From: an uncultured Thermoplasmata archaeon
Lineage (GTDB): Archaea; Thermoplasmatota; Thermoplasmata; Halarchaeoplasmatales; Halarchaeoplasmataceae
DNA: 64,000 nt
Reading direction: 5' to 3'
Assembly (NCBI GenBank): GCA_964486225.1
Contig: CAZAMQ010000001.1
Coordinates: forward strand, 2,660-66,659
The translations under genes were made by a program, and so were the position numbers. This document shows positions 55,593-64,000 of this stretch, piece after piece (the first letter of the stretch is position 1; every line of letters starts with the position of its first letter). The notes below the pieces were generated by a model that saw only the letters and a program-made list of their open reading frames with translations, searched no databases and was not told the DNA's origin.

Positions 55593-57704
55593 ATGAATGA
55601 GATCAAGAGCATGGGATACGAGCAGAGCAAGGTGAAGAAGGGGTATGCCGGTAAAACATTGTATGTAGATATGGGTAGGCATGAGATCGGGATCAAAGAT
55701 GTCACCGACCAGATGAAAGAACTCTTCGTGGGCGGTAAAGGTTTCGACCTTTGGCTTCTTTGGAATGGGATCAATGACGACACCAAATGGAACGACCCGG
55801 AGAACGAGATATGCATATCCAGCGGCCCTCTGGGCGGCAGCACCGTCTATCCGGGCAGCGGTAACAGTCTGGTTACCTCTATATCACCACTTACTGGCTC
55901 GGTGATGGATTCCAACGTGGGCGGTTATTTCGGCCCACTACTGCTGTTCGCAGGGTTCGATGCTCTGGAGATACAGGGTAAATCCAACCAGGAAGTGATC
56001 GTGTACATAGACGGTATCGAGAAGACGGTAAGCTTCCACGAGCCGCCTGAAGACCTGCCCGAAGATTCTTACGGTATAAGCCGCCGGCTGACAGAGATAT
56101 ACGGTAAGGACGATCCACGGCGTGTTTCTGTGGTATCATCTGGTCCCGGGGCGGAGAACACCTTCTTCGGCTGTTTGAACTTTAGCTGGTACGATATCAA
56201 CCGTAAAGAGGTAAGATACAAACAGGCCGGCAGGGGCGGAATAGGTACGGTATTCCGGCACAAGAAGATAGCTGCACTTGTAGTGAGGTCGGAAGGTGAA
56301 AAGAAAGGCATCGGGTCGGCGGACCCGGAAAGGCTCAAGAAAGTCGGCAGGACTCACTCCAAAGAGATAGTCTCTCTGGACAAGAAACAGAACGACATGG
56401 CCACGGTTGGCACGGCGCATCTGACTCCTATAATGAACGCTTTCGATCTACTGCCGACGCACAACTTTCAGTACGGCTCACATAAGGACGCTGACGGCTT
56501 GAGCGAGGACGTATTCCGTAATAAATTCGACAAAGGTTACGACGGATGCGTTACTGGATGTACCGTACAGTGCGCACATTGTGTCTCTAACTTTGAGATA
56601 TCGACCGGTCCTTACAAAGGTCAAAAAGTACTAGTGGACGGGCCGGAGTACGAGACCATCGCCGGCTGCGGCAGTAACGTGGGTATATTCGATGCCGACC
56701 ACGTGATCGAGATGAATTTTTACTGCGATACATATGGTTTGGACACCATATCGGTAGGCACCGCAACGGCATTTGCCATGGAGTGTGCAGAAAGAGGGTT
56801 GATACCCAAAGATGTGATACCGGGGCATACCCTTGAATTCGGTGATAAAGCAGCGGCACTGGAGATGATCCATCAGATGGCTAGAGGCGAAGGCTTCGGT
56901 GCCGTAGTTGGTAAAGGCGTTAAACGTATGAAAGATCATTTTGAGAAAGAACACGGTGCCGACCGGGACTTGATGGAGGACATTGGTATGGAGTGCAAGG
57001 GGCTGGAATACTCCGAGTACATGACCAAGGAATCACTGGCACAACAGGGTGGCTACGGACTTGCACTAAAGGGCCCTCAGCACGATGAGGCATGGCTCAT
57101 ATTCCTGGACATGGTGGAAAATTTCATGCCGACCTTCGAGCAGAAAGCGGAGGCTCTCCATTGGTTCCCCATGTGGCGTACGTGGTTCGGGCTCAACGGC
57201 TTGTGTAAACTGCCTTGGAACGATATCGTTCCCGAGGATAACAAGCAAAACACGGAGCCTGCAAAGGTGATGCAGCATGTAAAGTGGTATGCGGATTTCT
57301 TCTCCGCAGTAACCGGTCGGGAATCCGCGCCGGACGACCTCATACGTATGTCTGAAAGGGTTTACAACTTCCAGAGAATATTTTCCAAACGGCTGGGGTA
57401 CGGCACAAGGGACACGGACATGATACCCTATCGATCCGTGGGGCCCGTTACAAAGGAGGAGTACGAGTCAAGAGAAGAACGGTACGATGCGCAGTTAAAG
57501 GATATTGTGGGAGTCGCCCCGGAAGGCATGGAAGTTGACGAGAAGATCAGGGTTCTCAGGGACTACCGTGAGGAACAGTACCAGAAACTCATGGACGCTG
57601 TTTACAAGCGGCGAGGCTGGAACGACAACGGTGTGCCCACTAAGGAGAAGATGAAGGAACTTGGCTTTGGTGATATACAGGAAGTGATGGAGCTTACGGA
57701 GTGA
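55593..57704 (+). CDS. aor: Tungsten-containing aldehyde:ferredoxin oxidoreductase (AOR family).
   Basis: 703 aa. N-terminal GYAGKTLYVDMG..., ELFVGGKGF, and Cys motifs (CxxC...C) of the AOR family. Confidence 0.85.
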   Translation: MNEIKSMGYEQSKVKKGYAGKTLYVDMGRHEIGIKDVTDQMKELFVGGKGFDLWLLWNGINDDTKWNDPENEICISSGPLGGSTVYPGSGNSLVTSISPLTGSVMDSNVGGYFGPLLLFAGFDALEIQGKSNQEVIVYIDGIEKTVSFHEPPEDLPEDSYGISRRLTEIYGKDDPRRVSVVSSGPGAENTFFGCLNFSWYDINRKEVRYKQAGRGGIGTVFRHKKIAALVVRSEGEKKGIGSADPERLKKVGRTHSKEIVSLDKKQNDMATVGTAHLTPIMNAFDLLPTHNFQYGSHKDADGLSEDVFRNKFDKGYDGCVTGCTVQCAHCVSNFEISTGPYKGQKVLVDGPEYETIAGCGSNVGIFDADHVIEMNFYCDTYGLDTISVGTATAFAMECAERGLIPKDVIPGHTLEFGDKAAALEMIHQMARGEGFGAVVGKGVKRMKDHFEKEHGADRDLMEDIGMECKGLEYSEYMTKESLAQQGGYGLALKGPQHDEAWLIFLDMVENFMPTFEQKAEALHWFPMWRTWFGLNGLCKLPWNDIVPEDNKQNTEPAKVMQHVKWYADFFSAVTGRESAPDDLIRMSERVYNFQRIFSKRLGYGTRDTDMIPYRSVGPVTKEEYESREERYDAQLKDIVGVAPEGMEVDEKIRVLRDYREEQYQKLMDAVYKRRGWNDNGVPTKEKMKELGFGDIQEVMELTE

Positions 57705-57968
57705 ATATTGGTATAGAAGTAGCAACTGCGGCAAGGTGTTATTCGAATAATCCTCCCGTCCGCCGGAGCTGAACTTCTTTCACATATCTTATTTTTACCA
57801 TGACAGGTTATATCATCTCCGAAGATCGGCAATCTTATTCGATAACGTGATTGAGAAGAAGGGTTTCGCATAGATATTCTTAGGATCGATCCCCACTACA
57901 GAAGTCATCGTCTACGATGTCGAGAGCAGCCGTTCACACCTGTGTCTATCGATAACCATCGGAGAACA

Positions 57969-59000
57969 TTATTCCGACTCGTTCCTTTTCTTCACTGAAT
58001 AGTAAGTCAGCGGATGGGTCATCCAATCCCGATTACACAACTCATCCGGTTTGTAACATAGGCCGGTAGTTATCATGTGGTCGCACCCGGGAGGAGTGTA
58101 CTCCGTACCGGATATCTCACCGATTATATGCTCTATCTGATAGAGTGCTAGGTCCTCCCTAAAATCAGGTGATTCCCTGAATACGGAGATGATCTCTTCC
58201 TTACCGAGACCGGTCTTGTGTAGAAATGAGGTAAGAGCGAATCTTGCATCGTGGGATAGATTGACTCCTTCCTTGATCTGAGCCACTAAATACCTGATAC
58301 AGGGTGGGAACAGTCCGGGTTCCACCCGTCCCATGTCAAGTCTGTCAGTGTCAGCTCGAAACACGTTCAAGGCACTTTGAATCTTGTTAATATGTTCACT
58401 GAAATGAGCAAGTAAGTCCGGGTCGGTGACGGTTATCGGAAGATCGCGGACGATGTCGAGCATTATGGTTTCTTTCAATATCCGAACGTATCTTGATATC
58501 GGTAAAAGTATCCACCCTTGACGTAGGTCCTGGTTAATCAGCTTCCATTCAGATACTTTCAGGTTTACGGTGTTCTCAAGGTAATCTATGAAGTGGACGA
58601 ACACCCTTTCACCCTCGGGGACAGCGGGGATACCCAACTCTTCGCCCAATGCCAAAACGATCTCTCTATCCTCACCCTTCAGTCTTTCCGCCGCTCTCTC
58701 CGCCTCGCCCAGTGAATACCTTCTGATGAGGTAATTATCTGCTATGCAGGATACCAGCATGCGTGCTACCGGATATGAGAAAAGTTCGTCTTCCATCAGT
58801 ATCTTATCGCTTAATGCTCTATTGGACACCTTTCCTTCCTTCAAGGACTGTAGCACCCGTTCCTGGGCTCGGTTTTTCATCTCACCCCAACCTTCCAGCA
58901 GCTTTTCCGGGTCCGGACCGTTCTCCTTTATGTAATGCTTAGCGTCATCGAGAAAAGGGTAATTGGCAAGGTCCGCAAGGTTCCAATGGTGACTCATCAT
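57969..59000 (-). CDS. priL: DNA primase large subunit PriL.
   Basis: 343 aa. PPCIRYL plus a C-terminal Cys cluster (GCDH...GLCYK...ELCN) typical of the PriL 4Fe-4S domain. Confidence 0.65.
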   Translation of the reverse strand: MMSHHWNLADLANYPFLDDAKHYIKENGPDPEKLLEGWGEMKNRAQERVLQSLKEGKVSNRALSDKILMEDELFSYPVARMLVSCIADNYLIRRYSLGEAERAAERLKGEDREIVLALGEELGIPAVPEGERVFVHFIDYLENTVNLKVSEWKLINQDLRQGWILLPISRYVRILKETIMLDIVRDLPITVTDPDLLAHFSEHINKIQSALNVFRADTDRLDMGRVEPGLFPPCIRYLVAQIKEGVNLSHDARFALTSFLHKTGLGKEEIISVFRESPDFREDLALYQIEHIIGEISGTEYTPPGCDHMITTGLCYKPDELCNRDWMTHPLTYYSVKKRNESE

Positions 59001-59023
59001 CTTAAACAGTACTTCAAAGATAC

Positions 59024-60109
59024 TTAACCTTTTACGTACTCGATGAACCGTGTTAGACTGTGGGCTATATGGTACATATCGGATTTCTCTAGCTGGGGAA
59101 ATACAGGTGCCCAGATGACCTCACGGCATGCTTTTTCCGTTTCCAGGCATTCAAGTTCCATGTCTATCGCCTCCTGTTTATAGAGTGGTAAAGTATATCC
59201 GGTCCTTAAACCTATACCGGCCCTATGCATGCCCCCGATGATCCTATCCCTTATATCCGATGGAACTCTGAGAGCATATTGATGATAAACGTGTTTCCCT
59301 CCTTGGATCTCCACAGGCCGTTTTACGGTACCTTCGAGCTCGGCTAGTACCGAATCCAGTACGTTTGCGTTATACCGACGTCTGTCGTTCATGTCATCCA
59401 GTTTTTTTAACTGTTCTATACCGATGGCGGCTTCTATATCCGTCATCAAAAAGTTGTGGCCTATCAAGGTATGCACACCTCTTTCGTCCATCCCGTGGGC
59501 CCGCAGCAATCTAGCCTTTTCCGCCAGTTCGCTATCGTCCGTAGTAAGCATCCCTCCTTCACCGGTGACCATGTTCTTGGTGGCGTAGAAGGAGAAGCAT
59601 CCTATGTGGCCGAGCGCACCTGTTTTTTTACCTTGGTATTCGGCGCCGTGGGCCTGGCAGGCGTCCTCTATCACTGTAACGTCATGTTCGGCGGCCGTTG
59701 AATTGATGTGTTCCATATCCGCAGGATTTCCGTAAAGGTGCACCGGTATGACCGCTTGTATGTCCTCCATGGATCCCGGAGCGATGCAGAAGCTCTCCGG
59801 GTCGATATCTGCGAATACGGGTTCTGCACCTACCGCAAACACGGTTGAAACCGTAGCGAAGAAAGAGTAGGCCGGCACCATCACCTTCGAACCCTTCCCT
59901 ATACCCGCTGCCATGAGTGCTGTATGCAGCGCGGCGGTTCCGGAACTCACAGCGACCGCTTCCTTGACCCCTATATATTTCGCAAAGTTTTTTTCGAATT
60001 CCTTCACCCTTGGCCCCATGGACAGTTGACCTGATGAAAGCACATCCATTACGGCCTCCTTCTCTTCATCGCCTATGTTTGGTAGGGCAGGGGGTATCCT
60101 CCCTTTCAT
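59024..60109 (-). CDS. DegT/DnrJ/EryC1/StrS-family PLP-dependent sugar aminotransferase.
   Basis: Motifs ...AVSSGTAALH...HLYGNPADM...FSFYATKNMVTGEGG... (PLP lysine in ATKN). Confidence 0.8.
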   Translation of the reverse strand: MKGRIPPALPNIGDEEKEAVMDVLSSGQLSMGPRVKEFEKNFAKYIGVKEAVAVSSGTAALHTALMAAGIGKGSKVMVPAYSFFATVSTVFAVGAEPVFADIDPESFCIAPGSMEDIQAVIPVHLYGNPADMEHINSTAAEHDVTVIEDACQAHGAEYQGKKTGALGHIGCFSFYATKNMVTGEGGMLTTDDSELAEKARLLRAHGMDERGVHTLIGHNFLMTDIEAAIGIEQLKKLDDMNDRRRYNANVLDSVLAELEGTVKRPVEIQGGKHVYHQYALRVPSDIRDRIIGGMHRAGIGLRTGYTLPLYKQEAIDMELECLETEKACREVIWAPVFPQLEKSDMYHIAHSLTRFIEYVKG

Positions 60110-60149
60110 AAACGGGTATTAGACCTACGGATATTTATTCTTTCCCTTA

Positions 60150-61598
60150 TCACTGCATCGCCTTGGTAAAGTTGCAGCCTTTTACCTTTATGTACGGTAT
60201 GAAAGTGGGTGTGTTCACTTCCCACCACATTACCTGTTCAAGTTCCTTACCCATGGCTTCTATATTGCCACACATCTCCAGCAGGTTTTCCGTCAACCTA
60301 AGGTTTCGTACCGGTCCTTTGATCTCACCGTTCCGTACAAGGAACATTGCGTCCCTGGGAACAGTGGAGAATTTTCCCTCTCTCATATTGGTGAATCTAG
60401 TGTACCAGTTGGAGGTCATGATCACGGTAGGACGGGAGGATGAAGATACCATCTCGTCAAAGCTGTAGCTTCCGGTTTTGAATACGTAGTTTGACGCCGA
60501 GGGCATCAGTGCCCGGGGGTCGTTCTCAGTGCCGGTCATCCCCATTATACCCATCTCGGAGTTCGAAGTGGTCTTCGGTCTGATCCAGAATTTTAGCTTC
60601 AAAAGGTTGACAGCCTTCCATAATTTAGCCGTGGACGTATTGTGTATGAGTTCTTTAAAAATTCCGTTTTCCACGATATTCGTTCTTTGTGAAGGCGTAC
60701 CTTCGGAATCGAAGGGTCTGCTGTTCATGCCCCCTCGGACCAGTGGATCGTCGACAACCGTCAACGTATCGGGGCCTATCTTCTTATTCAACTTTCCTTT
60801 AAGGCAACTCATACCGATTATCATGGAGACGGGATTTGCACCGCTTAGGATACTTCCGAATATATTAGCCGCTACGGTGGGACTCATTATTAAGTCGTAC
60901 TTACCGGCTCTACCTTCCTTTCCACCAGCACTTCTTTTTGCCAATTCTCCTGACTCTTTACCGGCGTCGGCGAATCTCTTGTCTAGGTCCGAAAGATTTT
61001 TGGTGACCACCAGGCTCTGGCCGCTGCTGTTTTCGTCGTAAAAAGAGCGTATGGTCGCGTTACAGTGTGATGTGGTATACACACCGCCGTTGCCGTAACC
61101 GGTGAGCAGACCTTTTTTGATCTTGCCGTAGTAAAGCACTCCCGCCACCTTCTTTGCTCCGGCCTCCAAGGCCGAGTCTATGGTATCTTTAACGAGCTCC
61201 GGGGCCCTTTGGGACATATCCTCTATCCTGTTATCGTAAAGCCCTTTTACAGTGGGATAATCTTTATGATCGGTTTTATCCATACCCCAGTAGAATTTAC
61301 TCCTGGGTAATGCCTCTAATATCCTCACTTCCTTCGGTATCCTGGCCGTTATCTTCTTTACGTTGGGATCTTGAATGGTCACGGTGTTTACTTTCTTACC
61401 TATCCCGAAGGGATGTCCACTGGACATGAACACGTCCAGGTAATATCTGTTCCATTCCTTTGTCACATCTATGGAAGAGTTGGAGAACCGGATCTGATGT
61501 TCATCCTCCTGTACCAATTGAGCGATCACCTCCTTCGCTCCGAAACGTAAAGCACAGTCAACGGCGGCTTTCAATAATTTTTCATCATATCTTTTCAC
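60150..61598 (-). CDS. TldD/PmbA-family metallopeptidase.
   Basis: 482 aa with TldD/PmbA fold features. Paired with an adjacent paralogue. Confidence 0.7.
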   Translation of the reverse strand: MKRYDEKLLKAAVDCALRFGAKEVIAQLVQEDEHQIRFSNSSIDVTKEWNRYYLDVFMSSGHPFGIGKKVNTVTIQDPNVKKITARIPKEVRILEALPRSKFYWGMDKTDHKDYPTVKGLYDNRIEDMSQRAPELVKDTIDSALEAGAKKVAGVLYYGKIKKGLLTGYGNGGVYTTSHCNATIRSFYDENSSGQSLVVTKNLSDLDKRFADAGKESGELAKRSAGGKEGRAGKYDLIMSPTVAANIFGSILSGANPVSMIIGMSCLKGKLNKKIGPDTLTVVDDPLVRGGMNSRPFDSEGTPSQRTNIVENGIFKELIHNTSTAKLWKAVNLLKLKFWIRPKTTSNSEMGIMGMTGTENDPRALMPSASNYVFKTGSYSFDEMVSSSSRPTVIMTSNWYTRFTNMREGKFSTVPRDAMFLVRNGEIKGPVRNLRLTENLLEMCGNIEAMGKELEQVMWWEVNTPTFIPYIKVKGCNFTKAMQ

Positions 61599-61602
61599 TT
61601 TA

Positions 61603-63039
61603 TCACCCCACCTTTATGTCCCTCATTCTCAGGTGAGGGCCTCCCACGGAAACCGACACGGGCTGCATGGGGTCACTTTTACCGCAGTGAGCCATGCGAG
61701 ACTCGTATTCCTTGGAGACTGCATCTATGTTGCCCAGTATCCCCATGGTAGTGAGCTCGAGCACAGGACGTTTTACCATGGTATCCGTGACCTCTCCGTT
61801 TTTTATCAGGTAGGCCTCGAGACCCACATACTTACTGTGAAAACGTCTGTCATCTATATTCCATTCGGTGAAACTCTTCATTAGAATACCGTGTTTAACC
61901 CCTTCTATCAATTCTTCCACTGTGTATTCACCGGGTTTGAAGAATGTATTTGACATCCTGGGTATGGGTTCTCTGCTGTATGAATTTGACCTTGCCGAAG
62001 CATTGGATCTTGTATCGAACACATGGGCGAATTCTCTATTCAGTAAAAGTTCGTTCAGCTTGCCGTTCTTGACCAGATATCGAGGTCTCGCTTTTATACA
62101 TTCGTCGTCATAGCGATAGAATCCGGGACTTCCCTTCAACGTAGGATCGTCCATCACGGATACCATCTCGTTTCCCATCTTCACGTCACTGATGCTTTCC
62201 CCGTCGAGTATGTCTTTATAGAATGACTCACCCGCCTGTGCTCCTTCTCTCCCCATGATGCGGTCGGACTCACTAGGATGCCCCACATTCTCATGGGCCA
62301 TTATACCCGATACTTCGCCGCCTACAACTACATCTACAGGTTTGTTCAGATCGATTTTTTTTGCTTTTTTAACGGTATTCGTAAGATTTTTTGCCTCCCG
62401 AAGGATCAAACTAGAAATGTTTTCTTCCTTCAACCATTCCCACCCCGAAGTTCCTCCCAAACCAAGCATCCTCTGCTCGTTTTTGCCTTTGACACTCGCA
62501 TTCAGTATATTGTAAACGGAGATGGAAGAAAAGTCGGAATCTACCTTCGAACCGTGGGAGGTAACGATGTACTTCTCAGAGGTATGCATATTCATGAAGA
62601 TTATCCTGTTCTTCACCGCCTTGCCCGTACATTTTTTGATGGCACTGTCCAGCTCTTTTATGTGGTTTTGCTTCTCCTTACTGGATATGTCGACAAAGGG
62701 TATTTTCACAGGGACCTTCCAGCAGGTGTTCACTGATCTTTCTTCCGACAGTTTTATGGGATTTTCACGGCTGCTCAGTTTTGTGGTATTCACTATGGAA
62801 TTTACCAGCCTTTCTACCGATCTCTTGTTCATACTATCCACTGAGCCGAACCCCATACAGCCGTCTATGAGAACACGTATACCGATACCTTCACTTGGTT
62901 TCTTTTGTATACTGATAAAACTTCCGTTGCGAGCGATATAATTTTCATCGGTGGAACTGATGTAGCGTACCTCTACATAATCCGCCCCGGTCTTAGAGCC
63001 GTACTCAAGTGCGTGATCTGACAAAGATTTTCCGTCCAT
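61603..63039 (-). CDS. tldD: TldD/PmbA-family metallopeptidase (TldD-like partner).
   Basis: 478 aa. HENVGHPSE matches the HExxxH motif of TldD. 4-nt gap to the paralogue. Confidence 0.75.
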   Translation of the reverse strand: MDGKSLSDHALEYGSKTGADYVEVRYISSTDENYIARNGSFISIQKKPSEGIGIRVLIDGCMGFGSVDSMNKRSVERLVNSIVNTTKLSSRENPIKLSEERSVNTCWKVPVKIPFVDISSKEKQNHIKELDSAIKKCTGKAVKNRIIFMNMHTSEKYIVTSHGSKVDSDFSSISVYNILNASVKGKNEQRMLGLGGTSGWEWLKEENISSLILREAKNLTNTVKKAKKIDLNKPVDVVVGGEVSGIMAHENVGHPSESDRIMGREGAQAGESFYKDILDGESISDVKMGNEMVSVMDDPTLKGSPGFYRYDDECIKARPRYLVKNGKLNELLLNREFAHVFDTRSNASARSNSYSREPIPRMSNTFFKPGEYTVEELIEGVKHGILMKSFTEWNIDDRRFHSKYVGLEAYLIKNGEVTDTMVKRPVLELTTMGILGNIDAVSKEYESRMAHCGKSDPMQPVSVSVGGPHLRMRDIKVG

Positions 63040-63158
63040 GTTTCATGACCTTCCAATGGCACTTTAAGAAGCGTATTTATGCTTTGGTGTTACATGTAAG
63101 GTGAGCTTTTGGGTATTTTCGCAATAAGTATATATACGTATAATCGATACATCCTACG

Positions 63159-64000
63159 ATGAGAAAACCGCTAGAACTGTTTTGGAAACTCGCAGCCTCG
63201 GATGAGGTATGGGGCACTTCTCTAGGGAGTCTAAGAGGACGAGATGCCCTTCTTGCGGGTTCAAAAGACGGGACTGTTTACTTATGGGGTCATGAGGGAT
63301 ACTTTATCTGGAAACCGAGAAAGTTATCCACCAGCATCCTTGATGTGGCATTCGGAAAACTCGGTAAGCACAGCGGTTTGATCATATCCACAAAAAATTC
63401 CCGGGGTGACTTCGAATCAGATATATATGCGTGGGATGAAGAGGGAAAACTCCTATGGAAGTTTAGAAAAGAATATGCAAAACCGACTCCCGAAAGTTTC
63501 CGTGTTGCAACAGGTAAATTGGGGGGAAGAGGAGATGTGGTGGTAGCGGGTTCAACGTCAAAAAAATTCAAATACTTGAAGGTCTGGAATGAGCAGGGAA
63601 GGGTATTGTGGAAATTCCGCACTCACATGGGCGGTGTCAACGGTGTCGCCGTCGGTCGCCTTGGAGATAGTGATGTGATCGCTGCGACAGCAGGATCCAA
63701 GAACCATTGTATCTATGTGTGGGATGAAAGGGGTATTAAACTGTGGGACATACCAGTTTTTGAGACGGTGGGCGATATAGCAGTCGGTAAATTCGGAAGA
63801 AGAGATGTTGTAGTTACGGCATCTAAGACCGGTAATGTCTATGTATGGGATCAAAGAGGCCGGCCTCTAATGAAACTGAGGGGGCCTAAACGTCAGGTCA
63901 ACAGTGTCGATTTAGGTTCCTTTGGCGGCCGAGACGTAATCGTCGCTGGCTCTAAAGATAGTAACGTGTATGTGTGGGACAGTACGGGTGCGTTGTTATG
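63159..64000 (+). CDS. Beta-propeller repeat protein (PQQ/WD40-like repeats). The 3-prime end is outside the window, and the gene is not in the supplied ORF track.
   Basis: Open frame from ATG 63159 to the window end with no stop. Repeated (V/I)xxGSxDxxVYxWDxxGxxLWKF units occur about every 40-45 aa. Confidence 0.6.
   Translation, partial: MRKPLELFWKLAASDEVWGTSLGSLRGRDALLAGSKDGTVYLWGHEGYFIWKPRKLSTSILDVAFGKLGKHSGLIISTKNSRGDFESDIYAWDEEGKLLWKFRKEYAKPTPESFRVATGKLGGRGDVVVAGSTSKKFKYLKVWNEQGRVLWKFRTHMGGVNGVAVGRLGDSDVIAATAGSKNHCIYVWDERGIKLWDIPVFETVGDIAVGKFGRRDVVVTASKTGNVYVWDQRGRPLMKLRGPKRQVNSVDLGSFGGRDVIVAGSKDSNVYVWDSTGALL

Noticed and set aside
57740-57790. tRNA-like T-loop-resembling sequence GGTGTTATTCGAATAATCC in the aor/priL intergenic region
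   Set aside because: The stems would be AT-rich and no acceptor, D or anticodon arms can be formed. It is not a credible tRNA.

Overview
This window reads as an archaeal chromosome. Core archaeal genes are present: TATA-box binding protein, primase large subunit PriL, membrane LonB protease, pyruvate/indolepyruvate/aldehyde ferredoxin oxidoreductases, an Lhr-type helicase and an archaeal-type Arch_ATPase. The window has two compositional parts.

First ~16 kb (1-15950): AT-rich (roughly 30-35 % GC by eye) and packed with orphan, lysine-rich, defence-like genes.
- A putative methyltransferase-like gene (27-1019) converges on a tightly coupled three-gene operon of unknown proteins (1186-4049, minus strand).
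- A plus-strand cassette at 5131-9973 is the most interesting object in the window and a candidate undescribed system. It encodes a Zn-ribbon protein, a Zn-ribbon + PD-(D/E)xK nuclease-like protein, and a 968-aa protein whose N-terminus is an intact RelA/SpoT-type nucleotide pyrophosphokinase domain.
- A GC-normal HExxH membrane metalloprotease-like gene (10048-10743).
- An IS481-family insertion sequence with 14-bp terminal inverted repeats (11147-12220).
- An Abi_2/ApeA-like HEPN protein with an RNxxxH motif (12763-14112).
- A repeat-laden 1.1-kb non-coding stretch (14830-15950) containing the truncated 3-prime remnant of a RelE/ParE toxin gene.

From ~16 kb onward GC rises to ~50 % and gene content becomes ordinary core or shell:
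- a wHTH regulator + minimal nucleotidyltransferase operon, an Arch_ATPase, a Fic protein, two ABC-2 transporter pairs and a MATE exporter;
- birA next to a biotin-dependent acyl-CoA carboxylase / enoyl-CoA hydratase / acyl-CoA dehydrogenase cluster;
- tbp, and a 1740-aa surface protein with an internal triplicated module;
- POR (gamma-delta-alpha-beta), IOR alpha/beta, an MFS transporter, a subtilase and a LOG/TIGR00725 protein;
- LonB, the Lhr-like helicase, an HhH/Zn-ribbon/TPR acidic protein, a PrmC/HemK-like methyltransferase and AOR;
- PriL, a DegT aminotransferase, a tandem TldD/PmbA pair, and a 3-prime-truncated beta-propeller ORF that the ORF track missed.

No rRNA, tRNA or CRISPR array was recognised. 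All calls rest on motif recognition by eye; no database search was run.
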